Shown: positions 40,043 through 50,400 of the stretch, one piece after another | How positions within the stretch are numbered: position 1 is the first letter of the stretch | How the letters are laid out: each line of letters starts with the position of its first letter | NCBI GenBank assembly: GCA_964627795.1 | Contig: CAZVLF010000003.1 | Coordinates: 77,547 to 141,546 of the forward strand | Source: an uncultured Rickettsiales bacterium | GTDB taxonomy: Bacteria > Pseudomonadota > Alphaproteobacteria > Rickettsiales > CANDYO01 | Length of the DNA: 64,000 nt | Direction of reading: 5' to 3' | Translations under genes and position numbers: made by a program | The notes under the pieces: generated by a model | Told to the model about the DNA's origin: nothing | Database searches by the model: none | Seen by the model: the letters and a program-made list of their open reading frames with translations, nothing else

Positions 40043-40567
40043 ATGAATAAAAAAATAGAATTAATTAGCCAAGAAAGTAAAGAAGTTATTAGCTTATTAA
40101 GGGCTAAGAAATTTTTACGAGTTGAACATAGTTATGATGATGATTTAATTCAAGAAATGCTCAACATTGCTGTTATAGCTGGTGAGAATTATCTTGGTAT
40201 GAACCTTATTAATCAAAATTGGAAAATGACCTTTTTTAATAATCTTTCAAGAATTGTTAAGTTTACTCAATATCCTTTACTTAAAATTAACAGCATTAAA
40301 CTTATAAAGCATAATCAAGAAGAAGTTTATCTTAACCAAGAAAGTTATTATATAAATGAGCACAAATCAGAGCTAATTCTTAACCGAGAATATTGCATAA
40401 AAAGCGCTGAAATAAACTATATTATAGGATTTAAGGATATCCCCTCACTAATTATTCATGCAATTCTTGAACATTTAGTAAAAATGTATGATTTACGAGG
40501 AGCTGATCAGTCACTTCCTTTTTCAGCAAGAACAATTTACCAAAAATATAGAAGAGTAAGGTTATAG
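40043..40567 (+). CDS. Phage gp6-like head-tail connector protein (RcGTA g6-like)
   Basis: 174 aa. ISLLRAKKFLRVEHSYDDDLIQEMLNIAVIAGENYLG matches the head-tail connector N-terminal signature. Confidence 0.7.
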   Translation: MNKKIELISQESKEVISLLRAKKFLRVEHSYDDDLIQEMLNIAVIAGENYLGMNLINQNWKMTFFNNLSRIVKFTQYPLLKINSIKLIKHNQEEVYLNQESYYINEHKSELILNREYCIKSAEINYIIGFKDIPSLIIHAILEHLVKMYDLRGADQSLPFSARTIYQKYRRVRL

Positions 40568-40902
40568 TGAGTATAAAAAACTTAGCTTCCTCATTGCGCC
40601 ATGTTATTATTATTCAAAACAAATTAGCTGCAATAAATGATGGTATAGATATAGAAGTTTGGGAAAGTTTTGCTGTAGTTAGAGCAGCAATTAAGCCTCT
40701 TTACGATAATAAAATTGGAGAAATTTACTCTGCTATGCAGTTAATTGAGAATGCTTATTCTAAATTTACCATTAGATTTATTCCAAATTTAAGCATCAAT
40801 ATGCGAATTATTTATAATAATAGAATCTTTATTATCAAAAGAATTACAAATAATAATGAATTAAATATCTCGCTTAGTATAATTGCTCAGGAGACAATAT
40901 GA
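40567..40902 (+). CDS. Phage head-tail adaptor / head closure protein (RcGTA g7-like)
   Basis: 111 aa with a GTG start abutting the g6 stop. The pattern is LRHVIIIQ...VWESFAVVRAAIKP...FTIRF...RIIYNNRIFIIKRI. Confidence 0.7.
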   Translation: MSIKNLASSLRHVIIIQNKLAAINDGIDIEVWESFAVVRAAIKPLYDNKIGEIYSAMQLIENAYSKFTIRFIPNLSINMRIIYNNRIFIIKRITNNNELNISLSIIAQETI

Positions 40903-41267
40903 TATGGGATTTCCAAGATTATTTAAGAGAACAAATATGTTCAAATAAGTCTATTGCGAATGAATTAGGAATTTATTTTTCAGTTCCCTCAAACAGTAAG
41001 TTTCCATATATTTATATTGGAGATTTTGTTTGCAAGGATGCTTCAGTTAAACTAAGAAGAATAACTGAAATTAACTTTAATATTTTTATATATTATCGTG
41101 ATAAAAGGGGAAAATATTATCTTCGATTTGCTAAAGAAGTAGAGAATACTTTGCTTTTATCTGAAATTATAAAGATCAAGTATAAGGGTCTAAAAATTTC
41201 TTCTCATTCAGATGGTGTAACAGAGCATATATGTTTATTATATAAGGCATTGATTGAAGAGGTATAA
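40899..41267 (+). CDS. RcGTA g8-like (DUF3168-type) neck/tail-completion protein
   Basis: 122 aa with a 4-nt overlap with g7. The assignment rests mainly on position and size. Confidence 0.4.
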   Translation: MIWDFQDYLREQICSNKSIANELGIYFSVPSNSKFPYIYIGDFVCKDASVKLRRITEINFNIFIYYRDKRGKYYLRFAKEVENTLLLSEIIKIKYKGLKISSHSDGVTEHICLLYKALIEEV

Positions 41268-41273
41268 ATAATA

Positions 41274-41663
41274 ATGATTTCTGATGGATCTTTGTTATTA
41301 GTGGAAGTTCTTATAGATGAAAAATTCTATCCAATTGGAGGAATGAAATATACAAAAATTTCTCTAAATAACAAAGTAGTTGAACAAAATAATATCAATA
41401 GCCAATGGAGAGAGCTTTTTGCAGGAGAAAAATCAGCTGAAATAAGTTTAAAAGGTATAGTTACGAGATCTAAGGCGGAAGAGTTCATTCATTATTTAAG
41501 CTTAAGTGGTGAAAAATCTAAATATAAAATTATATTTGATGGAGGAGTAAATATTGAAGGTGATTTTTTCATAAATTTTTACCAAAGATCTGGAACAGTA
41601 AATGAAGAAGAGGAATATTTTATGACTCTTATTAGTAGTGGAAGCTTAAATATTATAAAATAA
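41274..41663 (+). CDS. Phage major tail protein, TP901-1 family (RcGTA g9-like)
   Basis: 129 aa with GSLLLVEV...IGGMKYTKISLNN...WRELFAGEKSAEISLKGIV...GDFFINFYQRSG...EEEEYFMTLISSG. Confidence 0.75.
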   Translation: MISDGSLLLVEVLIDEKFYPIGGMKYTKISLNNKVVEQNNINSQWRELFAGEKSAEISLKGIVTRSKAEEFIHYLSLSGEKSKYKIIFDGGVNIEGDFFINFYQRSGTVNEEEEYFMTLISSGSLNIIK

Positions 41664-41727
41664 TAGATTTTATTAACTTTTTTTTAATTACAATGAAGTT
41701 CAATATATTGCTAAAAGGGAGTTTCCA

Positions 41728-42603
41728 ATGAAAAAAAATTCTAACCTTAAGCCTGAGGTAAATGAAGGGGTTAAAGAGGACATAGCAAAATTAGCAAAGC
41801 AGATTGAAAATGGTCAATATGGTAATGATGAATTTACTAAAAATATGACTGATGAAGTTGCTAATTCTATCATTGAGTTAGCAAAATTAATTGAAGATGG
41901 TGGAATTGGTGACAAAGAATTGGCTAATTATCTTGCATTAATATTAAGAAGATTATCACGAGAAAAAGAAAAAAAAATTAAAAAAGATAAAGTTAAGAAA
42001 AAAACAGCTCTTGAAGTGCTTATGGAACAGCTTTTAAGAACTTTCGCTCAGAATAACGCTAATAAAAAAAATAATATTAATAAAAACAAAAATCATGAAC
42101 CAGGATATATGGTAAAACAAATGATAAATGATTTAGATAGAGCCATTTCTAAGCTGGTTAGTGCTTCACGCTTTGATAGTGATGTTAATACTATTAACTT
42201 AATTGAAGATACGATTGCTGTTAATCAAAAGGTTGCTGCTTTAACTGGAAATAAATGTAAATCAGTTAGAGGGCTCTCTACGAAATTAGTAAGGGCAAAA
42301 ATTGCCACTTCTACTCAAGCATTAGATAGCACTATTTCAAATCTATCAACCTTAAAAAGCGGTAGAGCCTTTGAATCATGGTCTCAAGCTAATGAAATTG
42401 ACTATAATCATGGGGGAGGGCTAGATTTAAGAACTGAAGCAGCAAAAGATTATCAAGAAGAAATGATAAAAAAGCTAAGATTTAGCTCTGAAAACGCTAA
42501 AATACCTTCTGGCCCAGATGATATCCCAATCACTGAAACAGCAAAAAAACAAAAAGAAAAAGAAAACCAAGAATGGATTAACACATTTAATTATAAAAAA
42601 TAA
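41728..42603 (+). CDS. Lys-rich helical hypothetical protein at the position where tail chaperone/tape measure genes would be expected
   Basis: 291 aa with a GGGAG RBS and a low-complexity KKIKKDKVKKK...NKKNNINKNKN segment. I recognise no g10/g11 motif. Confidence 0.5.
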   Translation: MKKNSNLKPEVNEGVKEDIAKLAKQIENGQYGNDEFTKNMTDEVANSIIELAKLIEDGGIGDKELANYLALILRRLSREKEKKIKKDKVKKKTALEVLMEQLLRTFAQNNANKKNNINKNKNHEPGYMVKQMINDLDRAISKLVSASRFDSDVNTINLIEDTIAVNQKVAALTGNKCKSVRGLSTKLVRAKIATSTQALDSTISNLSTLKSGRAFESWSQANEIDYNHGGGLDLRTEAAKDYQEEMIKKLRFSSENAKIPSGPDDIPITETAKKQKEKENQEWINTFNYKK

Positions 42604-42663
42604 TATTTATTCGCAAAAAAATATATTATTATAAGGAAACACATGGATACAAACTTATAATTT

Positions 42664-43377
42664 ATGAAAATTTTTAGTCTTGATAACGTTAAAAATGGAA
42701 ACTTTAAATATTTAATTTCCATTGGCAAAAGACAGCCTATGCATATAGGACATAAACGTTCTTTAGAAAGGATTTTATCATTAGATGCTTTAAAGCTTAT
42801 TTATGTGATTGGTTCATCAAATAAAGGCGGTGACGCTCTTTTTAATCCTTTTATTAATCCTCTTAATTTAAATCAGCAAATAGAGCAGTTTAAATTTGTT
42901 TTTCCTGATGCTAACCCTATCTTTATATCAATTGACGATATTACAGATATGAGCAAGTGGGGATCAAGTATTGTATCAAAATTAGAAGAGATTAATATTA
43001 AACCTTCTGAATGTGTAATTCATTTTATTGGTAAAGAAGAAGATAGGATAACAGCGCCTTGTAGCTTTATGATTGAATCGGGAAAAAAAATAACCCTTGA
43101 AAAAGGAAGATGGTTAATTGAAGCTTTAGAATATTATGAATTTGATATATGGTTTGATAATGAAGCAGAAGTTAATTTGTCTATCTCTGCAAGAAACTTA
43201 AGAAATATAGACCTTATAAATATATCTAAAGAGGATAAAAATCTCTTTTCAGCTTATGACTACATTGTGAAAATAGCTAAAGAAGCAAGAGCTAGTGATC
43301 CAGAAAGAGATAAAATACTAGATATACCTTTAACTTTAGGTGATTTAAGTAAGCAAAGAATAAGATTAGAAACCTAA
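42664..43377 (+). CDS. Nucleotidyltransferase-superfamily protein, NadM/NadR-type nicotinamide-nucleotide adenylyltransferase-like
   Basis: 237 aa. GKRQPMHIGH resembles GRFQPFHxGH, and LSISARNLRN resembles the ISSTxxR motif. Confidence 0.55.
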   Translation: MKIFSLDNVKNGNFKYLISIGKRQPMHIGHKRSLERILSLDALKLIYVIGSSNKGGDALFNPFINPLNLNQQIEQFKFVFPDANPIFISIDDITDMSKWGSSIVSKLEEINIKPSECVIHFIGKEEDRITAPCSFMIESGKKITLEKGRWLIEALEYYEFDIWFDNEAEVNLSISARNLRNIDLINISKEDKNLFSAYDYIVKIAKEARASDPERDKILDIPLTLGDLSKQRIRLET

Positions 43378-43419
43378 ACTTAAATCGAAATTAAAGAAAA
43401 ATTGCTAGAAGGTGGGAAT

Positions 43420-44511
43420 TTATTTTTCTACAACGATGTTTTTTCTAAAGCTATAATACTGCATTATAATATTAAAAATAGCTAAGCAGACTAAAATTGG
43501 ATAAACAACATTTAAAATTGGCCCTAGAATTTTCATTAAAGAAGAAAATCCAATTGAGGAAACAACAAAGGAAATAGAAAGGCTGAAAAATAATATTAAT
43601 TTATAGGTAAATTTAGGGAAATAAGAAGAAATAAAATCACTCCATACAGTTATTGCAGCAATTGCTGTGGTAATGCAAGCTAAAAAAATTAGCAACGCAA
43701 ATATAATTGAAAACTTACTGCCTAAAGATCCTTTAACAATAGTAGGTAATATCAGTTCTGGAGAAACATTATGAAGAAGATGCTGATATGCTAATCCTAA
43801 ATAAATAAAGAGTGAGTAAACCGCAATTAGCAAAACTGAGCTTATTAAGCTTGATTTTATACCGTTTTTTAAAATTTCATTCTCATCTTTACTAATAGAG
43901 TTAAGATAAAACATAGCGATTGTTGTAAAATACAAAGCCCCAGGAAGGTCATAAGTTAAATATCCTTTAAAAAGACCATCTATAAAAGCATTGGAGTTAG
44001 AAAGTTCAAAATTTATATTTTTTAATCCAAAAGTCATATAGCTTGAAAAAACGATAATAACTAAAAAAATAAGCATTGCTGGTGTTAAGATGTTACCTAT
44101 TATCTTAATAATTCTGCCTTTATTTAGAGCAAGAAAGTAAATTAATACACAGCATAAAAAATAAAATAATTCTTGGTTAAATGAAGGACATATATTTACT
44201 ATACCACCATATGAGACTATTAAACTTCTTGGCACTATACCAAATGGTCCCTCAATTAAAATAAGAATAATTTGAATAAAAAGAGAAAATATACCTAAAG
44301 GAGCAAAAAAATTCTTTAAATTTCCTTTAACCATTACTGAGCCAATAAGGCCAAGTAGGGTAAAAAAAACTGCTGTTATACAAAATCCAGTAAAGGCTGA
44401 GAACCAATGGTTATGCCAATCTTGCATTAAATGAAGGGGAAGAACCATATTTCCCGCACCAAAAAACATTGCAAATACAGCAAAACCAGTAGTAATTATA
44501 CCTTTATTCAT
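43420..44511 (-). CDS. brnQ: Branched-chain amino acid transport system II carrier (LIVCS family)
   Basis: 363 aa. The N-terminus is GFAVFAMFFGAGNMVLP, with about 10-11 TM helices. It is shorter than typical BrnQ. Confidence 0.75.
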   Translation of the reverse strand: MNKGIITTGFAVFAMFFGAGNMVLPLHLMQDWHNHWFSAFTGFCITAVFFTLLGLIGSVMVKGNLKNFFAPLGIFSLFIQIILILIEGPFGIVPRSLIVSYGGIVNICPSFNQELFYFLCCVLIYFLALNKGRIIKIIGNILTPAMLIFLVIIVFSSYMTFGLKNINFELSNSNAFIDGLFKGYLTYDLPGALYFTTIAMFYLNSISKDENEILKNGIKSSLISSVLLIAVYSLFIYLGLAYQHLLHNVSPELILPTIVKGSLGSKFSIIFALLIFLACITTAIAAITVWSDFISSYFPKFTYKLILFFSLSISFVVSSIGFSSLMKILGPILNVVYPILVCLAIFNIIMQYYSFRKNIVVEK

Positions 44512-44512
44512 T

Positions 44513-45241
44513 TTAAGTTAGATGCTCTATAGCTGATTTTAATAGTTTATCATTTGAGGCTAAAAAATATTCATCAAAATATTTAATGTTGCCTCCCGAT
44601 TCAGTAACGAATATTGTGGCAGCTTTTGACATCAGATTATCAAGCTTTTTGATAATTATATCAAATCTTGCTCCTGCAAAATAAGCTATTTCAAGAATAT
44701 CACATGATAAATTTAAATGTTGTAATGATTTATTATGCGAAGAATTTATAAAAGCATTATCAAAATTAATTTGATTTGAAACTCTCATTCTTGATTTGGG
44801 AACGATTGTATCATTGTAGTTTTCAAACCAGGCGCCAAGCAATTTACCAGTGTAGAATGTTTCTCTTAAAATTGGATTATGAATTGCTATTGCTATTGGT
44901 TCACATTCTTGAGTTTTAAAAAGAGCAGCTGAAATAGCGCAGAATGGAATTCCTCTTTTAAAATTGTTAATTCCAGCTATTGGTTCAATTACAATAAAAT
45001 AATCACCTTTAAGAGGTGGCTTTTCATGAGGTAAAATAATAGGATAATTAGGGCGTTTTTCCTGAATTGATTTTGTTAGTCTTGATTTTAATCTTTCATA
45101 ACATTTTGTTGCAAAATCTTGAGTACCTTTAAGTGAATTTTGTAAAAGAGTAATCTCTCCAAAATCACGTTGCATAAAGTGCGAAGATTCGTGAAGCACA
45201 TCCCTAAGCATAGTCATTTGATGGGTAAAATTTGTACTCAC
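44513..45241 (-). CDS. Inositol monophosphatase-fold (SuhB-like) protein with degenerate metal-binding motifs
   Basis: 242 aa with an IMPase-like layout. It has IEPIAGINNF in place of DPIDGTxNF, HEK in place of GEE, and no WDxAAG motif. Confidence 0.65.
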   Translation of the reverse strand: MSTNFTHQMTMLRDVLHESSHFMQRDFGEITLLQNSLKGTQDFATKCYERLKSRLTKSIQEKRPNYPIILPHEKPPLKGDYFIVIEPIAGINNFKRGIPFCAISAALFKTQECEPIAIAIHNPILRETFYTGKLLGAWFENYNDTIVPKSRMRVSNQINFDNAFINSSHNKSLQHLNLSCDILEIAYFAGARFDIIIKKLDNLMSKAATIFVTESGGNIKYFDEYFLASNDKLLKSAIEHLT

Positions 45242-45243
45242 GG

Positions 45244-45810
45244 CTATTTTGCTCTTTCAACATATGTTGAATCAGTAGTACGAACAACAATTTTATCACC
45301 TGGGTCCACAAAAGGAGGCACCATAACTCTAACACCATTATCTAAAATAGCTGGTTTGTAAGAAGCCGCAGCGGTTTGTCCTTTAACTACAGGTTCTGTT
45401 TGTTCGATAGTGGCTACTACTCTTTCTGGAACTCTAGCTGTAATAATTTCTTCGTTGTATAATTCTACGGTTAAATTCATTCCGTCTTGAACGTAAGGAA
45501 GTTGATCTCCTAAAATATTCTTGTTAACTAAGATTTGTTCAAACGTTTCATTATCCATTAAAGTTAGGTTGTCTTCATCAAAATAGAGAAATTGGAATTC
45601 TTTTTCATCAAGACGAACCTTTTCTACTGTTTCAGAAGAGCTAAATCTTTCATTTAATTTAGTTCCTGTTTTAATGTCTTTCATTTCAACTTGAACATAT
45701 GCTCCGCCTTTACCTGGTTGAGTATGTTCAGGGTTTTTAACCACAATCCATAGACGATTATTATGTTCTAAAACCGTTCCTAATCTAATTGAATTTGCAT
45801 TGATTTTCAT
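45244..45810 (-). CDS. efp: Elongation factor P
   Basis: I prefer the ATG at 45810 ([12 protein letters not shown]...). The KPGKGGA loop is [16 protein letters not shown]. Confidence 0.92.
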   Translation of the reverse strand: MKINANSIRLGTVLEHNNRLWIVVKNPEHTQPGKGGAYVQVEMKDIKTGTKLNERFSSSETVEKVRLDEKEFQFLYFDEDNLTLMDNETFEQILVNKNILGDQLPYVQDGMNLTVELYNEEIITARVPERVVATIEQTEPVVKGQTAAASYKPAILDNGVRVMVPPFVDPGDKIVVRTTDSTYVERAK

Positions 45811-45883
45811 TTCCAACCTTTAAAAATAAATTCTAATTTTGTCAGAAGATATATAGATATTGTGAATTAGTCAATTATATCTT

Positions 45884-47137
45884 TTAATGTCTGATACTTT
45901 GGGTGCTTGAATTTCCTTTTGAAGGGGTGGGGCGTGGATAACCTATTTTAGCAGAAAATTTCTGGATTGAAGATTTAGAAACTGGTTTACGCTCGATTTG
46001 ATGTGCTTGGTGAACACTCGGCTGTTCTTTAGTCACTGAATGCTTTTTATTAGTTTTTTCTAATTCTATACTGGAAATATTACTTTCATTAGTAGTTGAT
46101 TTAGAGCTAAAGTAAGAAATAAATCCTTTTATATTATTTCTTAAGTTGCTTATAAATTTTTGAACTCCTTTTACCATTTTTGTAAATTTAGATAAAATTG
46201 AGCCAGTTGTTTGTGAGTTAAATAAAGCATGCTCTTTAATAGATTTAAGTAAATCTTCACTAATTTCGCACCCAATTCCATCTTTAGAAGAGTATGAAAT
46301 GGTTATTTTATTTGGATTAAATTTAGGAATATAGTCGTTTTTATCAGGTTCAATTATTGATTGAGATTTTTCCGAAGACGCAAGATTTGATAGATCAGCT
46401 TTTACTGCTGATGTAGCTTTTTTTGGTTGTGAGTCAGTAATTTCTACAATAGAGGATTTAACCTCAACATATGTTAGCTTTCCTTTTTCAAAATGAAAAT
46501 AGTCAACCCTTTTCTTAGCAGGATCAGGTTCAACCATAGCTATTATTTGGCCATCTTGAAAGAAACCAGTATCAGTTATACTGCTGGCACTACCTAATGG
46601 GCCTGATTGGTTCCATTGACTGCGAAGAAAATTTCGTTGCTCTTCAGATATTGAAACATTATGTTGATCTTGAAGATAATTTACAACCATATCCATAGTA
46701 ATTTTTTCTGATGGATCTCTTTTGGGGTGATGGTTAGCAACCTTAGAACCTAAATCCTCAATAACTACTTCAACCCCGTCTTTAACTAGATGAAGTTTAC
46801 TTAATCTGTCTGTATCAGCGATAGATATACTTCTATAGCTTTCTTCAATATTTTGCTGTTGATTTTGATCATAGGCTTTAGCTTTAGAATAAATACTTGT
46901 TAAAGATTCTTCATTAAGATTTTTTTTGCTTTCTGCTTGAGAGATAACTTTTTCCCTAAAATTAGGATCTTTATATAATGAGGTTTGAGTAACTAAATTT
47001 ACCGTTTCAGCAAATGATTCTAATTGAATTTGAGAGCTAAAATCCTTAGCGCTTGATTCCTTTGAATGTAATTCTGTTGATAAGTTGAATAAGTTACTAG
47101 GATCTAATTCAATTTGAAAATCTGTATATTTAGGCAT
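45884..47137 (-). CDS. Hypothetical protein (Ser/Lys-rich, basic C-terminal tail)
   Basis: 417 aa with no recognisable domain. It overlaps the upstream 100-aa ORF by 8 nt, suggesting an operon. Confidence 0.55.
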   Translation of the reverse strand: MPKYTDFQIELDPSNLFNLSTELHSKESSAKDFSSQIQLESFAETVNLVTQTSLYKDPNFREKVISQAESKKNLNEESLTSIYSKAKAYDQNQQQNIEESYRSISIADTDRLSKLHLVKDGVEVVIEDLGSKVANHHPKRDPSEKITMDMVVNYLQDQHNVSISEEQRNFLRSQWNQSGPLGSASSITDTGFFQDGQIIAMVEPDPAKKRVDYFHFEKGKLTYVEVKSSIVEITDSQPKKATSAVKADLSNLASSEKSQSIIEPDKNDYIPKFNPNKITISYSSKDGIGCEISEDLLKSIKEHALFNSQTTGSILSKFTKMVKGVQKFISNLRNNIKGFISYFSSKSTTNESNISSIELEKTNKKHSVTKEQPSVHQAHQIERKPVSKSSIQKFSAKIGYPRPTPSKGNSSTQSIRH

Positions 47138-47432
47138 TTTTATTTATCGTTTTTGATTGTTTGGTTTGCGCAGCAATAGCTTTTTCATTTTGACCAGTGG
47201 CAGCATAATAAAGTTTTTTTCCATTATTGATTATGGATTGATATTCTTCATCACTTATTGAAGATATTACTTGTTCTAAACTATTTTTTTCTTCCTTTTT
47301 AAAAGGGGTATTATCAGAAGATTTATACTTAACGGGCTCAGAAATAGGAGATACAATTGGTTGTTGAGATTGTTCTTTACTGCTGCTTTTTCCTAAAAGA
47401 ATATTTTTTAATTGAGAAAATATGTTAGCCAT
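47130..47432 (-). CDS. Hypothetical small protein
   Basis: 100 aa, first gene of a two-gene minus-strand unit divergent from g15. Confidence 0.45.
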   Translation of the reverse strand: MANIFSQLKNILLGKSSSKEQSQQPIVSPISEPVKYKSSDNTPFKKEEKNSLEQVISSISDEEYQSIINNGKKLYYAATGQNEKAIAAQTKQSKTINKNA

Positions 47433-47487
47433 AGGTTTAAAATCATAATTCGCACAGTAACTAATAATTTAGAGGAAAACTTATATT

Positions 47488-50400
47488 ATGTCATCTACTT
47501 TTTTTGGAGGATTTGGCAAATTTTTAGGTCAATCAATTGCAGGGCCAATTGGAGGGATGATTGGTAGTGAACTTGATAAAGAATTATTTTCACCAAAAGT
47601 AGCTCCTAAACAAGGACGAAGAATTAATGAATTTACTCTGCAAACGGCAGTTTATGGAAGAGAAATTCCTATAATTTATGGAAAGGTAAAGCTAGGAGGA
47701 AATATAATATGGTCCTCTAAAATAAAAGAACAAAAGGAAGACTTTTATCAAAAAAGAAGCAAGTTTGGAGGAAGGTCGCTGATTGCAAGCCAGTTTAATT
47801 ATTCAATATCACTGGCAATCGCTTTAGCTGAAGGAGAAGTTGATGAGATTTTAAGAGTGTGGGCGGATGATCACTTAATTGATTTAAAGATGGTTAATTA
47901 TAGATTTTATAAAGGATGTGAAGACCAAACACCAGACCCGCTAATTGAAGCTTATCAAGGTTTTGGAATGACACCTGCTTTTAGAGGGTTATGCTACGTA
48001 GTTATAGAAGATTTACCTTTAAAAGAATATGGAAACCATATACCTAATTTTACTTTTGAGGTTGTTCGAAATATTAAAACTAAAGCTAATAATGGTGATG
48101 AACCAATTGAAGATAGAATTAAATCTATGGTAATAATTCCCGGTTCAGGTGAATTTGTTTATGATACTATTATTCAATCAAAAGTCCCTAACAAATATAA
48201 TCCAAATTTTGGTTACTTTAATTACCATAAAAGTAAAATAAATCAAAATAATAGAGAAAATAAAGCAGATAGTTTGGTCTCTTTAGATCAACTACAAAAA
48301 ACTTGCCCAAATATAGAATGGGTTGCACCTGTAGTTGGATGGTTTACAACGAGCCTTGATCTAGGTAGATGTAAGATTATGCCAGGAGTTGAATATAAAG
48401 ATGGTGATACAATCCCTGATCCTTGGAAAGTAAATTTTTATACACGTGATAATGCTTATTTAATTTCAAGATCAAAACATGGAGGGGCAAATTATGGAGG
48501 AACTGTAAATGATCTTTCTATAATAAGATATCTTGAGGAACTAAAAGCCCGAGGCTATAAAATTTTATTTTACCCAATGTTATTTGTTGACCATGTAAAT
48601 AAGCCGTGGAGAGGAAGAATTACAGGTAGAGCAAACCAAGTTGAAAGTTTCTTTAAAAAGAATCAAGGATATAATAAATTTATCTTACATTATGCCAATT
48701 TAGTGAAAGATAAGGTTGATGCATTTTTAATAGGTTCTGAGCTAATTGGCATAACTAGAATAAAAGATGAAAATGATAGATTTCCTGGTGTTGATTGTTT
48801 AATTGATCTTGCAAAGCAAGTAAAAGAAATTATGGGAGATAAAGTTAAAGTAAGTTATGCTGCAGATTGGAGCGAATATCATCATAGTGAAAATGGTTGG
48901 TATAACCTTGATCCTTTATGGGCTTGTAATTATATAGATTTTATAGGCATTGATGCATATTTTCCTTTAACCAACTCCACTCTTTCAATAAAGAATGAAG
49001 AAGATATTTCAAAAGGATGGAATAGTGGAGAAGGTTGGGATTATTATTATGAAGATCAAAGTAAAACAATTAAAAAGCCCCTAAAACCAGAATATGCCTG
49101 GAAAAATATTGAATTTTGGTGGAGTAATAAGCATGTTAATCCAGATGGAAAGCAAACTTCTTGGGTACCAAAAAGCAAAAAAATCTGGTTTACTGAGATA
49201 GGATTTCCCTCGGTAGATTTAGCTTCTAATCAGCCAAATGTTTTTTTTGCTCCAGATTCAATGGAAAGCAAGTTTCCTATTCATTCTAAAGGGAGAGTTG
49301 ATTTCGTTTCTCAGCGCCAAGCACTTTCAGCAAGTGAAAAATTTTGGCGAAACAGCAATTTTCTAGAGCGAATGTTTGTTTGGACATGGGATGCAAGGCC
49401 TTTTCCATTCTGGCCCGATATGTTAAAGATTTGGAGTGATGGTGGATGCTGGTCTAGAGGCCATTGGGTGAATGGAAAATTAGGAAAAACATCATTAAAT
49501 TCTATAATAATAGATGTGCTTAATCGAGTTGGTATAAATGATCAATATATAGAAGTTGAGCAATTAACTGATATAGTAGATGGTTTTATAGTAACATCAA
49601 AAGATACAGCAAAGGAAATTATAGATATTCTAAAATCTGCATATTGTTTTACAACTTATGAACGCGATGGAAAAATTAAATTTATTAAAAAGAAAAATTT
49701 TGAAACTCATTATATTGAATATGATAGTTTAATTATAAGCTATAACGAGAATAATTATAAAACTAAAATTAAAAAAAGTTCTATCAACGAAATACCTAAA
49801 TCGGTTGAAATTTATTATTATGACTATCTTTATGATTATAATCCTACTTTAGAGATAAGGCATAATTATAATGTTGAAGGAATACAAAAGTTATGCATTC
49901 AGATTCCAATAAATTTAGATAAAGCTAGTGCTAGCTTAATAGCAGAAATAATTTTAAAAGAATTATACTATAAACAATTAACTTATGAATTTTATCTTTC
50001 AACTGAGTATGCAAAAATTGTTCCTAATGATATAATTTTTTTGAATGATCACAAAAAGACTTTATCGTTAAGAGTAGAAAAATTAGAATTTGGTGCTGGA
50101 AAAATATGCAAAATTAAAGCTTCATCGGTTAATCCAGAGATTTATGAACAATATTCCTCATTGAATTTAAATAACTATAATGTACTTCTTAATAAAACAA
50201 ATTTAGATCCTGGAGCCACTGAATTAATTGCTTTAAAAATTCCTCCATTACCTTATGAACATATGAATAACATTATATATTTAGGGGTGATAGGGGAAGA
50301 TAAAGATTGGAGAGGAGCTTGTGTAATTTGTCCTGACAATAGTTTATTGTTTTTTCCTTATGAGATAACCTATGGAATAATTGAAATAGATGAGGACGGG

